DNA of 64,000 bases from Octopus vulgaris (Eukaryota), in the NCBI GenBank assembly GCA_951406725.2, contig OX597828.1, positions 35,712,001 through 35,776,000 of the forward strand. The letters are read 5' to 3'. Made by a program: the position numbers and the translations under genes. Numbering within the stretch: position 1 is the first letter of the stretch; each line of letters begins with the position of its first letter. The notes under the pieces were generated by a model. It was given only the letters and a program-made list of their open reading frames with translations, did not search any database and had not been told where the DNA came from. Below, one piece after another: positions 41,548-53,709 of this stretch.

Positions 41548-41790
41548 CCTCAAACCAGAGAGCTATCCTAAAACCCGAACACTATCCTCAAATCAGAGAG
41601 CTATTCTCAAACCAGAGAGCTATGCACAAACCTGAGAGCTATTCTCAAACCAGAGAGCTATGCACAAACCTGAGAGCTATTCTCAAACCAGAGAGCTATG
41701 CACAAACCTGAGAGCTATTCTCAAACCAGAGAGCTATGCACAAACCTGAGAGCTATTCTCAAACCAGAGAGCTATCTTCAAACCAGACAC
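41548..41790. repeat. Minisatellite of 19-bp monomers arranged as a 38-bp dimer
   Basis: caaaccagagagctatgca alternates with caaacctgagagctattct. Confidence 0.92.
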
Positions 41791-43142
41791 CTGGCCCAAA
41801 CATTTGCAACAAAGTGGACTCCAACTAAGAGTACCAAAAGTACCAAGGAGTGGTGTTAGACTGAGCATAAAATTCAATTTATGATCGTTGAGGCCATGGT
41901 GGATCTTGAATAGAGAACAGACGGAGTTGCATCGCATTTGACACTCTTAACGATTCCACCAGTTCACTGGCCCTGGGTGATGTTTTATTTATTGACATCA
42001 GAAGAATGATAAAGCAAGGCTAACCTCAGTGGGAATTGAACTCAGAATGCTTATTTCATTCAACACTTTCAGAATTCTACCAGATACTTACCACTAGCAG
42101 CAGCAGTGGTAGTGGTGGTGCGGCAAGCTGGCAGAAACGTCAGCACGTCGGGCGAAATGCGTAGCCGTATTTCGTCTGCCGGTGAGTTCTGAGTTCAAAT
42201 TCCGCCCAGGTCGACTTTGCCTTTCATCCTTTCGGTGTCTTTTAAATAAGTACCAGTTACGCACTGGGGTCGATGTAATCGACTTAATCCGTTTGTTTGT
42301 CCTTGTTTGTCCTCTCTGTGTTTAGCCCCTTGTGGGTAGTAAAGAAATAGATAGTGGTCATGGTGGTGGTGGTGGTGGTGGTGGTGGTGGTGGTGGTGGT
42401 GATAATGTGGGGGTGTTGGTGCTGCTGCTCTGCTGCATTGCTTTGATATTAAACAACAGAGTTAAAAAAACAAAAAAAGGGAACAGCAACGAAGTAAAGG
42501 TGATAATGTATGGGAGTTGCATAAATAGGGAGGAGGAGGAAGAGGAGGAGGAGGAAACAGAAACACATCAGGAGGGAGAAGTAGAAGGGTTATGCTGACC
42601 CAACCCTATAAACTAGATAAACAGCAAGAAGGCTACTAGAGATCACTTTACACCTGCTCAGCCAATCTCTCGGCCATTATCTCTACCCACAGCCTACTGA
42701 TACTTCCTTCGTGAAGAAAGTATTTGAAAGACCATATTGACAGCTTTGTCGCTCATACACAGCCACCCAATTAGCAACCTGCACTTGACATGAATCCTTA
42801 CACTTATAAACATACATACACACATATAGAAACATGCACACCTATACATACAATTACTCATATATATATATATATATATACATACACACACACACATATA
42901 AATATACATATACACGTACATATATACTCTTTTTTATCCTTATTCTTTTTATTTGTTTCAGTCAGTTGACTGTGGCCATGCTGGAGCACTGCTTTTAGTT
43001 GAGTAAATCGACCCCGGGATTTATTCTTTGTAAGCCTAATACTTATTCTATTGGTCTCTTTTGCCGAACCGCTAAGTTACAGAGATGTAAACACACCAGC
43101 ATCGGTTGTCAAGCGATGTTGAGGGGACAAACACAGATACAA

Positions 43143-43195
<53 letters not shown>

Positions 43196-43617
43196 TATAT
43201 ACAACGAACTTCTTTCAGTTTCCCTCTACCAAATCCACTCACAAGGCTTTGGTCGGCCCGAGGCTATAGTAGAAGAAACTTGCGAAAGGTGCCACGCAGT
43301 GGGACTGAACCCGGAACCATGTGGTTGGTAAGCAAGGATGTGTTTTATATATATATATATATATATATATCGTTTTTAGAAAAACATAAATTCGGAGAAG
43401 AAGCACACTCTAAGAAGTAGGGTAGTCTATATTTTTTCCTGGTGAAGGCCGATCTAGTGGGGTACTCTGGGTTTCCCATCCATAAAGGGTTTAACTCTAT
43501 GGCGTATCGTTTTGGGGGTCTGATGATACACCATAAAGTAAAACCCATTATGGAGGGGAAACCCAGGCTAACCCTATAAACCAGCCTTCACCAGGAAAAA
43601 TATATAAATATATATAT

Positions 43618-44001
43618 ATATTGAGATGGCAAGTATACCTCACATTGTCATGCAGTTACTGTTTATACCTCGTTCAGAGATTTATTATTGCTTGCAGACA
43701 GTTTTTCGAGATCAGTGACGAAAAGTTACTGGAAAAATGACATAAGTATTTGCATTGGGACCTCCCTTCATCGAAAACCGGTGATTGTCGTGCACTGATG
43801 ACAGGTCAAAACCTAGAAACTGCAGTCCGTGCGTATCACTTAGGTTGACGAGGGAAGGGTGACCTCCCTTTGCAAATACCATAAGAGCACAGAAAGTGTG
43901 TCTAAAGCCAGCTGGAGACGATGTTCTCCTGGGGCTACAAGCTACAGTAACACCCACTCTTAGTGGTTAGCCATATTGAGATGGCAAGTATACCTCACAT
44001 T
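43618..44001 (+). mobile_element. Retrozyme-like 355-bp unit with a 29-bp terminal redundancy
   Basis: atattgagatggcaagtatacctcacatt occurs at 43618-43646 and 43973-44001. Contains an internal hammerhead and is flanked by (TA)n. Confidence 0.75.
43781..43839 (+). ncRNA. Type I hammerhead ribozyme
   Basis: CTGATGA-c-AGGT-caaa-ACCT-a-GAAAC-TGCA-GTC. Helix I is gtgat..cgtgc / gtgcg.atcac with an internal loop. Confidence 0.8.
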
Positions 44002-44366
44002 ATATATATACTGTTCAACTGAAACAGCTGTAAACATACTCTCATCTTAAATAATGACTTTATAACACCAGCGATCCACTTCTCACTGTCATTTATTGGC
44101 TCCATTTCTTATCGTCTTTATATACAGTTATATCAATAGGTCCATATGCACTTACATACTTTCCAATGTAAATACACACAATGAAAATAATTTATTGTGT
44201 ATGACCTTTTCCAGAAAGCAAAACAATTGCTTAACTTACAACTGCCCTGCAAACCATTTCTTCTACCTTCTCTCACAGCAATTACCTCCCTTCCTAAGTA
44301 ACTCTTACCTTATCTCACTTTTCATACCAACCACCTTTCTCCTATCACAACCCTCATTCTCTTTAT

Positions 44367-44406
<40 letters not shown>

Positions 44407-47400
44407 GGAGAGAATGTGCATGTATGCATGTGTTTTTGTGTGTGAGAGTGAGTGTTTGTGTGTATGTGTGTAGCAGGCTGGCAGAGACAGACAGAAATAA
44501 AAATAGGTGTAAAGTTATGTGGGACTGATGGAGAAAGAGAATACAATGGTGACAGGAAGTAGTTGTTGGACAGAAAATGAAAGAGAGCAAAAGAATGGAG
44601 GGATAGAATAGAGAGAAAGTGAGAGGGAGGGAGAAAGATAGAAAAAGTGAAAGAGTAAGAATGAAATAGAAAGTGTAAGAGTGAGAGGAGAGCTTTGTTT
44701 CAGACTGATGATAAAAGCCAGCATCTCATTCGCTTAGGTACTTAGTTATTTCATGGCATTCCGTCGGCTACGACGACGAGGGTTCCAGTTGATTCAATCA
44801 ACGGAACAGCCTGCGCATGAAATGAATGTGCAAGTGGCGGAGTACTCCACAGACACGTGTACCCTTAACGTTGTTCTCGGGGGAGATTCAGTGTGACACA
44901 GTGTGTGACAAGGCTGGCCCTTTGAAATGCAGGTACAAGAGAAACAGGAAGAAAGAGTGAGAGAAAGTTGTGGTGAAAGAATACAGCAGGGTTTGCCATC
45001 CCTCACCCCCCTGCTGGAGCCTCATAGAGCTTTAGATGTTTTTGCTCAATAAACACTCACAACACCCAGTCTGGGAATTGAAATCGCGATCCTACATTCA
45101 CAAGTCTGCTGCCCTAACCACTGGGCTATTTGTGCCTCCACACTTACTTACAGTCTTTAATGAACAATTAACTAGTCATAATCAGTAATTGAGGTTAATT
45201 TTTGCCTTTCATCATTTCGGCAATGTTGATGACATTGACTTAACCACCTCACCTGAAATGGTGGCCTTGGGCTATAATTTCAAACCAACATTACATAAAT
45301 CCATATGTCTATGTGTGGGTATGAGAGACAGAGAAAGTGAGAGCATGTGTCTACATAATGTTTACGTTAGACTGAAACATGTGTATGCCTATATGTGTGT
45401 ATGTATGTATGTGTGTAAATACACATGCACCCACACACATGTACATATATAAATATATAAATATAAATTCTTTCGTACAAGTATATTTACATAAGTCTGT
45501 TTAATTAATATAACGTATATTATATATATGTGGAAAAAAAAAACGCCCAGAGGTGGGTCATAATATGGATGACTAAACTTGAATGTTTGAAAGGAAATCT
45601 TTCATACACCACCCTGCCATCTTTTTGATGACATATCAATGCTACTCTGTACGTACACACACACACACACACACAGGTATGTATATATATATATATATAT
45701 ATAGCATGTGATATATGTGATTTGCAAGTAAAGACATATTCAACACAGGTAGACAAAAATGCATGCACGCGCACTCACATACACACACACACACACACAC
45801 ACACATACTCAACACCTTATTTTGAATATTCTTTTTCTTTCTTTTCTTTTATTCTTTTACTTGTTTCAGTCATTTGACTGTGGCCATGCTGGGGCACCGC
45901 CTTTAGTCAAGCAAATCAACCCCAGGACTTATTCTTTGTAAGCCTAGTACTTATTCTGTTGGTCTCTATTGCCGAACCACTAAGTTACGGGGATGTAAAC
46001 ACACCAACATCGGTTGTCAAGCGATGGTGGGGGGACAAACAGGGACACAAGCATATATAAACACATACACACACATATATATAATATATATATACGACGG
46101 GCTTCTTCCAGTTTCCATCTACCAAATCCACTCACAAGGCTTTGGCCGGCCCAAGGCTATAGTAGACGACACTTACCCAAGGTGCCACGCAGTGGGACTG
46201 AACCTGGAACCATGTGGCTGGTAAGCAAGCTACTTAACACACAGCCACTCCTACAAAAATATTAATAAATTAATTGATGGTTGGATGTCTTTGAATTTAA
46301 CTGAATCAATTTCTAAAACAGGGACATCATTTCAAATGTATTCTCTATTTCCTATTTTTTACCTTGCAGGTTGTTCGTTAAAAAAGGTGACTCCTCTCAC
46401 ATGAAAAGTCTGTTTTCTATGAATAAATATTAATAAAAAAAATGAAGCAATATCTATTGTTATTGCTTGCTTTGTTGCTGTAGCTGTTGTTTTTGCGGTG
46501 AGGCTGATGCAGGTCAGACCTGTTTGATATAAAGCCAATGATCGAAGGCATTCCAGCTGAGACCATCCATCCTAAATTCCTGTATATCTGTGACTACAAG
46601 ATGATTGTTTTGATGAAGATGAGATAGGGTTTGTGGAAATGATTTTGCTACTATGTCTAGCAGACCAAGTGACCAATTCGAGGTTACATGGTTGTTGTTC
46701 CTGGTGGTGATATTTAGCTCAACTTAGTCTATGTGCAAGCAGATGCAAATCAAACATGATGGTCTAGGTGCCTAGATTAAAATGTTCTTTCCTCAAGTAC
46801 CATCTTAATATAATGTAAATTTATTTTAACATTCTAATGTTAAAGATGTGACTATGTTAAAGGCATGGCAGTGTGGTAAGTAGTTTGTTTCCCAACCATA
46901 AGGACGTGGGTTCAGTTCCACTACATGGTACCTTGAGCAAATGTCTTCTACTTCAGCCCAAGAATGACCAAAGCCTTGTGAGTGGATTTTGAATGGAACT
47001 GAAAGAAGTTCATCGTGTGTGTATATGTACCTGCACATGTGTGTGAGTATGTGTGTGAGAGAGAGAGAAAGAGAGAGAGAGATAGTGAGAGAGAGAGTGT
47101 GTGGCTCCTTGTCTTGACATCACATGACAGTTGCAAAATAATTGCCACTGTCATACAAGCAGTGTCGTTCATTTTCAATAGTCTACAAAAACACGTCTGG
47201 CCTTGGAAAAATATTATCTTGCTTGGAAATAGGTGAAGGTTGATAACAGGAAGGGCAGCCAACCATAGAAAATCTGCCTCAATAAAATCTGTCTGACCCA
47301 CACCAGCATGGAAAAGTGGACGCCAAAAAGATGATGACAATGTTGGTGATGATGATGATGATGATGCTGACTGGTGTCATAGTTTTGCTCAACAGCTTAA

Positions 47401-47842
47401 GGTTAAAGCAGAAACTGTACTCAATAATATGTTTCTTACCTGTTTAAAAAGTCCCAATTTAATTTAATGGAACAGATTAATATAAGAACCTATAAACATA
47501 TTAGTAATAATCTGATTCATTCAGTCTATGTTATTTATTAATAAAGCAATTTAATAATTAACCTCACTCATTGCGGTGATGAGATTAGCATAATAGAAAA
47601 ATATAATGATGAATCTATTAGTTAGCACTCAACAAAAACGTAGCAAATCTGCCAATTTATGATTAGCATTTAATTTGATAATATTAATTTGTTTCGTTTG
47701 AAGTACATTGGATCTCAGAGTTATTTTGAGTGTTGAATCAACTTCACAATACACAGCTGTTCGAAAAAAAATAGAAGGTTTTATATATATATATACATAT
47801 ATATATATATTTGTAAATGTAACATGTGACAATTATTCGGTA

Positions 47843-47913
47843 GCCATGATAAAACTTCGAGTTTCGGATGTCAGGGCAGAAACCCATGCCACCATCTCTT
47901 CAGTTATCCGGCC
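47843..47913 (-). ncRNA. Type I hammerhead motif, slightly degenerate
   Basis: Minus strand: gataa-CTGAAGA-GATG...CATC-c-GAAACTCGAAGTT-ttatc. Helix I is gataa/ttatc. Confidence 0.65.
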
Positions 47914-48377
47914 ATCGGAAAAATGCTATGAAAAATGACCGTTAAACAAAGGGAAATTACTGTGTGATTGACCGTTATTAAGACAAAAGAGCTATTAGAA
48001 TTACCGCTAAGTAAGGGGAGGGAGTAAATGTAAGGGGGTAAAAAAGTTCATAGTATTCGCGTAAGCGCATCTGTTCATACCTACACATGCGCGCCAGTAC
48101 ACCCATGTGTGTGCACCTAAAAGTATACATTCATCCACCTTCACTTGAAAACGTACACATCCTCACTCTCACCATTCGCCAAATGTATATGCATTTTTAT
48201 CAATATATATATATGTATATATATTATAGCACTATAAATTGAGAGTAATTGGGCTTGTGAGGAATCATTGAATCAAAATTGATAGCTAAAAAAAAACAAT
48301 TAATTAAAAGGGTTTTAGATCTCAATAATAATTTTAGAACCAGACCAAACTTAAACACCTGGTCACCATCATCATCG

Positions 48378-48424
<47 letters not shown>

Positions 48425-48800
48425 GTCACCATCATCGTTTTAACACCTACTTTTCCATGCTTGGATGGTTCAGACAGAGTTTATTTGAAGCAGATTTTTT
48501 TACAGCTGGATGCCTTTCCTGTGGCCAACTCTCACCAGTTTCCAAGTAATATCCCCCTGCCCCGCCACCATGGCCAGACATGTTCTTGCAGAATATCAGG
48601 AATGAACGACACTGCTTATATGATAGTGACCCTTAATCACTACTATCATGCCATGTCAAGACAAATAGCCACAAAGACACACACATGTACACACACACAG
48701 GTAAACATGTATGTGTGTGTGTGAGTGTGTGTGTATGGCAGATGGAAGATGGAATATACAAGAATTTATTATTAATCACGACAATTGTTTCAACACACAC

Positions 48801-48869
48801 TAGTATCAATTCCTCTTGGGTGGGACACTCAACATCTGGTTCAGGACTATCTGGCGGGTGCAGGTGTAT
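48801..48869 (-). CDS. Probable small exon (IHLHPPDSPEPDVECPTQEELIL) supplying the PDZ-A segment before betaC
   Basis: 69 nt, phase 0 to 0. Weak acceptor (tttatcacctgacaag) and weak donor (CTA|GTGTGT). The junction EELIL|IKSLDPEG mirrors PDZ-C QELL|ISLLEPDG. Confidence 0.55.
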
Positions 48870-49318
48870 CTTGTCAGGTGATAAATAAATACAGCTCATT
48901 AAAATAACTGATCCGCAATGTAACTTCCCATTTTGTAGAAAGGAAAGCAGCCAGGCGGAGGAAATATCTTCATTTACATAGATCAAAAATAAAATCACAG
49001 ATGGCAAAAAGGAAATGAACAAGCAATCTACATATGTATATATATGCTGGGCTTCTTTCAGTTTCTGTTTACCACATCCACTCACAAGGCTTTGGTCAGC
49101 CCAAGTCTATAAGTAAAAGACTCTTGCCCAAGGTGCCTTGCAATAGGACTGAACCCAGGACTAGCCTTCTTACCACACAGCCATGCCTGTGTCTACTCAT
49201 TCATAAAAGCTTGGAACTATTGTAACATTATAGTAATTAAGAATTTAGGGTTAATCCCATGGAAACTAAAAGCTGACAATTGTATATATACATGTACATT
49301 CATGTGTGTATGTATATA

Positions 49319-49572
49319 TATCAGGTTTGAGTAAAAAGAAAGCAACGTTTTGAACCATGATGAATTTCTACTGGATTTTTGCAGAGTTTTGAATTTATTT
49401 TAAACATTTTTATTTTTATGTAAATGCGCAGATATGAAATTTGCTCATTGCTTCTTCTCTAAAATTAGACCGATCCATTTCTCAATGGTATTGTAACTTG
49501 CAATGAAATGTGGACTCTGTACAGTAAGAAAAGACGTTCTGCACAATGGTTGGACCAAAATGAAGCACCAAA
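49319..49572 (+). mobile_element. Mariner relic
   Basis: End ta|tcaggtttgagt and peptide DPFLNGIVTCNEMWTLY..KRRSAQW. Confidence 0.7.
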
Positions 49573-49787
49573 AATAGCTGAAACAAGTAAAGGAATAAAA
49601 GAATACACTGCAAGAATATCATTCGGCCGGTACTTATGTACCAAGTTTGGTATTTACATAATATTGTTGCATGTGTATATTATTCCAACTTAATGAAGTG
49701 CCGTAATTTAAGAGCCTATTCAACTGTGCATGTGTGTGTGTATGTGTAAACGTATGTAAATATATATATACATACACATATATACAC

Positions 49788-49826
<39 letters not shown>

Positions 49827-50049
49827 TGAGAAAGTTGGTGTGTGAAAGCACGTGGTTGAATATATAGAAAATAGTAAAAAGTGAAAAAACTACAGAAGGC
49901 TTGTTTTCAAAGGTTAAAAAATATATATTTGAGTCATTATGTCAGAAGAAAATTTATAACATTCTTCTGACATAATGACTCAAATATATATTTTTTAACC
50001 TTCTGTAGTTTTTTCACTTTTTACTATTTTATATATATATATATATATA

Positions 50050-50295
50050 CCGGAGTAAACACATAAATGTGAAACAAGGTGGAAAAAAGAGTACTCAAAT
50101 ACCAGGGGTAGAGTAATATGCTTTATTTAAAAGCAGCAGAAAATTCAACAAAACCTGTTACTCTGAGTTTCACGTTCCCGTTCGTCGGACAGTTTTTGCT
50201 AGAACAAACTAGCAAAAACTGTCTGATAAACGGGAACGTGAAACTCAGAGTAACAGGTTTTGTTGAATTTTCTGCTGCTTTTAAATAAAGTATAT
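50050..50295. mobile_element. Penelope-like terminal repeat with an inverted duplication carrying hammerhead motifs; a single-arm copy lies at 9019-9158
   Basis: Arms 50116-50202 and 50209-50295. Motif ctgt-CTGATAA-ACGggaaCGT-GAAACTCAGAGTA-acag. Confidence 0.7.
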
Positions 50296-51037
50296 ATATA
50301 TATATATATATTATGTCCAACCCATGCTAGCATGGAAAGCAGACGCTAAACGATGATGATGATGATGATGATGATATATGTATGTATACAGAGTCCGCCA
50401 AGCAAATGTATACACAATTGAGGAAAGGAAACAGTCTGTCTAAATATTTAACTTGTATAAGTACTTCTGTAAATATAAATAACTCTTTCAATGTTTTATC
50501 AAATGACAATAACACCGAATTAAGATATTTATACAGATTTTTGCTTTCCTGAAGTGGGCAAATATTTTTTTTTCAGCAGACTCGGTATGTATGTATGTAT
50601 GTAGGTGCAGATTGTAACATGTGAAAATGGTTTCAATATTTTGTAGTGCCATAAGTCGTGTCTGTATCTGTGTGTACATGTATGTGTTTCTGCCACTCCA
50701 CCGCCATCTTATCTACATATCAAATAAAAATTGCTTTTCTACATTGGTAGGAAACGCTGACCACTGTGGTATGTGTGTAGCCAAGCAGATCAGTGGGAAC
50801 AGTGTATCAAGACCCAAGTTCAAATCTTGCCCAAGTTAATTTTACCATTCATCTCCTTTAGGATTGATGAAATATACTATCAAGTCAGTACGGAATTTGA
50901 TTTAATCACCTAATTCTCTTCCTACAATTTTCTGATCTTGTGTTTGTGTAAAAAAACTATTTGTTGTTGTTGTTGGTGGTGGTGGTGGTCTTCTTCTTTT
51001 TCTTCTTCTTCTTCTTCTTATTATTATTATTATTAAT

Positions 51038-51068
<31 letters not shown>

Positions 51069-51250
51069 TTATTATTATTTACTTTTAATCCGCAAGTTTG
51101 TTACAATCCCTTGCTGAGACACACCCAGCATCCTAAGATGAGTGATGGATAAGAGATGTTGCAGTATGACTGAAAGCTTGAGGAGGGGAAGTGGCAGAGG
51201 CAGTAGTGGAATATCTTCATGTAATATACAACACATACATTTAAATTGAT

Positions 51251-51337
<87 letters not shown>

Positions 51338-51521
51338 TAGCAGGAAAGACAAAATGCTTAGCACCATTTCTTTGGACTTTACATTTTGGGATTAAATTTC
51401 ACCAAGGTGGACATTGCTTGATATCTTTTCAGGGTTGATAAAATAAGTAAAGTTGAGCACTGTGGTCAATGTAATTGGCTATACTCCTCCTCTAAAATTT
51501 CAGAAAGCATCATCATCATCA

Positions 51522-51591
<70 letters not shown>

Positions 51592-52517
51592 GGCGGTGAG
51601 CTGGCAGAATCGTTAGCACACTGGTCGAAATGCTTTGCAGTATTTCGTCTGTCTTCATGTTCTGAGTTCAAATGCCGCCAGGGTCGACTTTGCCATCCAT
51701 CCTTTCAGGGTCAATTAAATAAGTACCAGTTATGCACTGGGGTCGATGTAATCGACTTAATCCCTTCCCCCAAATTTCAGGTCTCGTGCTTCCAGTAGAA
51801 AGGATTATTATTATTATGTTCTGAATTTAAATTCTGCAATAGTTGACTTTACCTTTCTTCCTTTCAGGGTTGATAAAATAAGTACCAGAGGCATACTGGT
51901 GTCATCGATGTAATCAAGTAACCCCAACCCCACCCCCGAAATTTCTGGCCTTGTGCCTATAATAGAAAGGGTCATTAACCAAGAGTATGGGAGACAACTT
52001 CAGACTTGCTCTGTTCTTATTACAACTCTTCAGTGGAAATGATGAATTGACACAAGCCTATCAAAGGAGCCATAATAATGACTGAATCACTTCAACAGAT
52101 AGAAATATCATAAGACATGTGTGGGTGTAGAATCAGAGAAGAAATGGAAAAAGAAAACAAGAATTTGAATTATTCTGTGGTGCTAATCATATGATAATTA
52201 GACAGCTAAGTGCATGAAAGGTTACTTCATGTAAACTAAAATAAAAATCAGACATACAGTAAAAAGGAAAGTAATATTTAACTAACAACTAATATAAAAG
52301 AATGACACGCTGAGGTTTATCAGACACTTAATAGTGAGCTAAGCAAAACAAGAGGTATTACGTGTGGTTGTCAGGTTCCAGTATGGCCGACAGGAAGAGA
52401 CAATGGGTCAAACCAACCGAAAAACAAATTTTTAAAAAATACATAAAGAACTGATCAAAAGGAGGTTTTATTTTCCATATTCAGAGATGGGAAGGAGGGA
52501 GAGATAGATTGATAGAC

Positions 52518-52593
<76 letters not shown>

Positions 52594-52708
52594 GGACAGA
52601 CAGACGGTATATGTGTGTGTGTGTATAGATGGATGGATGGATGGCTAGACAGTCAGACAGACAGATGGATGAACAGACAGACAGACAATATATATGTGTG
52701 TATGTATG

Positions 52709-52772
<64 letters not shown>

Positions 52773-53401
52773 TGTATGTATGTATGTATGTATGTATGTA
52801 TGTATAAATATGGATAGATGGATGGATGATTGGATGGATGGATAGATAGATAGAGAGAGAGAGAGTGCGAGAGAAATGGAGAGAGGGAGAGACAGAGATG
52901 GATATAGTTATTTGCCTTTTTGGCTTGGGCTCTCATTGTTAAAAAGGAAAACTCTATGATGTCACATAACCTGCCAGAAATAGTAGCCAAATTTCCCACA
53001 AATCACTTTCTACTGTTTAGAAAAAGAGGGAAGACACACTGGAAAATATAATCCTAGATATACTGTGTCTTAAAAATAAGTAAGACTATCATAATTGAAA
53101 TGTTTTTGATCATAGTTCCCAGTTGGGTCAGGCTGACCTGGGGCTAAACAAAAGCAACAACTAGTGTCAGGTTAAGCTATTGAGGGCAGCCACTATATGG
53201 TCAGTCGATCTACTAGAAATAGCAACCAAGTCCCTCTCGAATTACCTCCCATTATCTCAAAGAAAGAGCAGGATATATTAGACAATTTAGTTTTATATAA
53301 AACCACCAAAAAGTAATAAAAGAAAAGAAACAGGCAGGACCGCCATGGCTGGAGTATGTTTGAATATTTTTGGTGTTTGGCCAGTATTAGCCTGGAGTTA
53401 A

Positions 53402-53709
53402 CCCCTTACCCGGCAGAAACGAATATATTCGTTTTGACCGAAATCGTTTTTTTCTATCTCTGGCGAGTTAACTCATCAAAAGATAGACTCGCCAAAATCG
53501 ACAGCAAACGAGTTCCTTCGTCCAAAAACGGGTTAACTCGTTTCTGCCCAAAGCGATAATTTAAAATCAATATTATTGAATTAAAATTCATAATAAATAA
53601 GGTTTGAAATATACCTCGAAATCACCATTCAAAACATAGTAAAATAAAACAGTTAAAAAATATGTCTGAAAAAATACATTTATTTTCAAAATAATTGTTG
53701 GGTAAGGGG
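53402..53709. mobile_element. TTAA-specific (piggyBac-type) MITE, 308 bp
   Basis: ttaa|ccccttaccc...gggtaagggg|ttaa gives TIRs with a TTAA TSD. Confidence 0.85.

Noticed and set aside
35043-41790. Tandem arrays at 35043-35310 and 41548-41790 as CRISPR-like
   Set aside because: There are no unique spacers or cas genes, and the context is eukaryotic.
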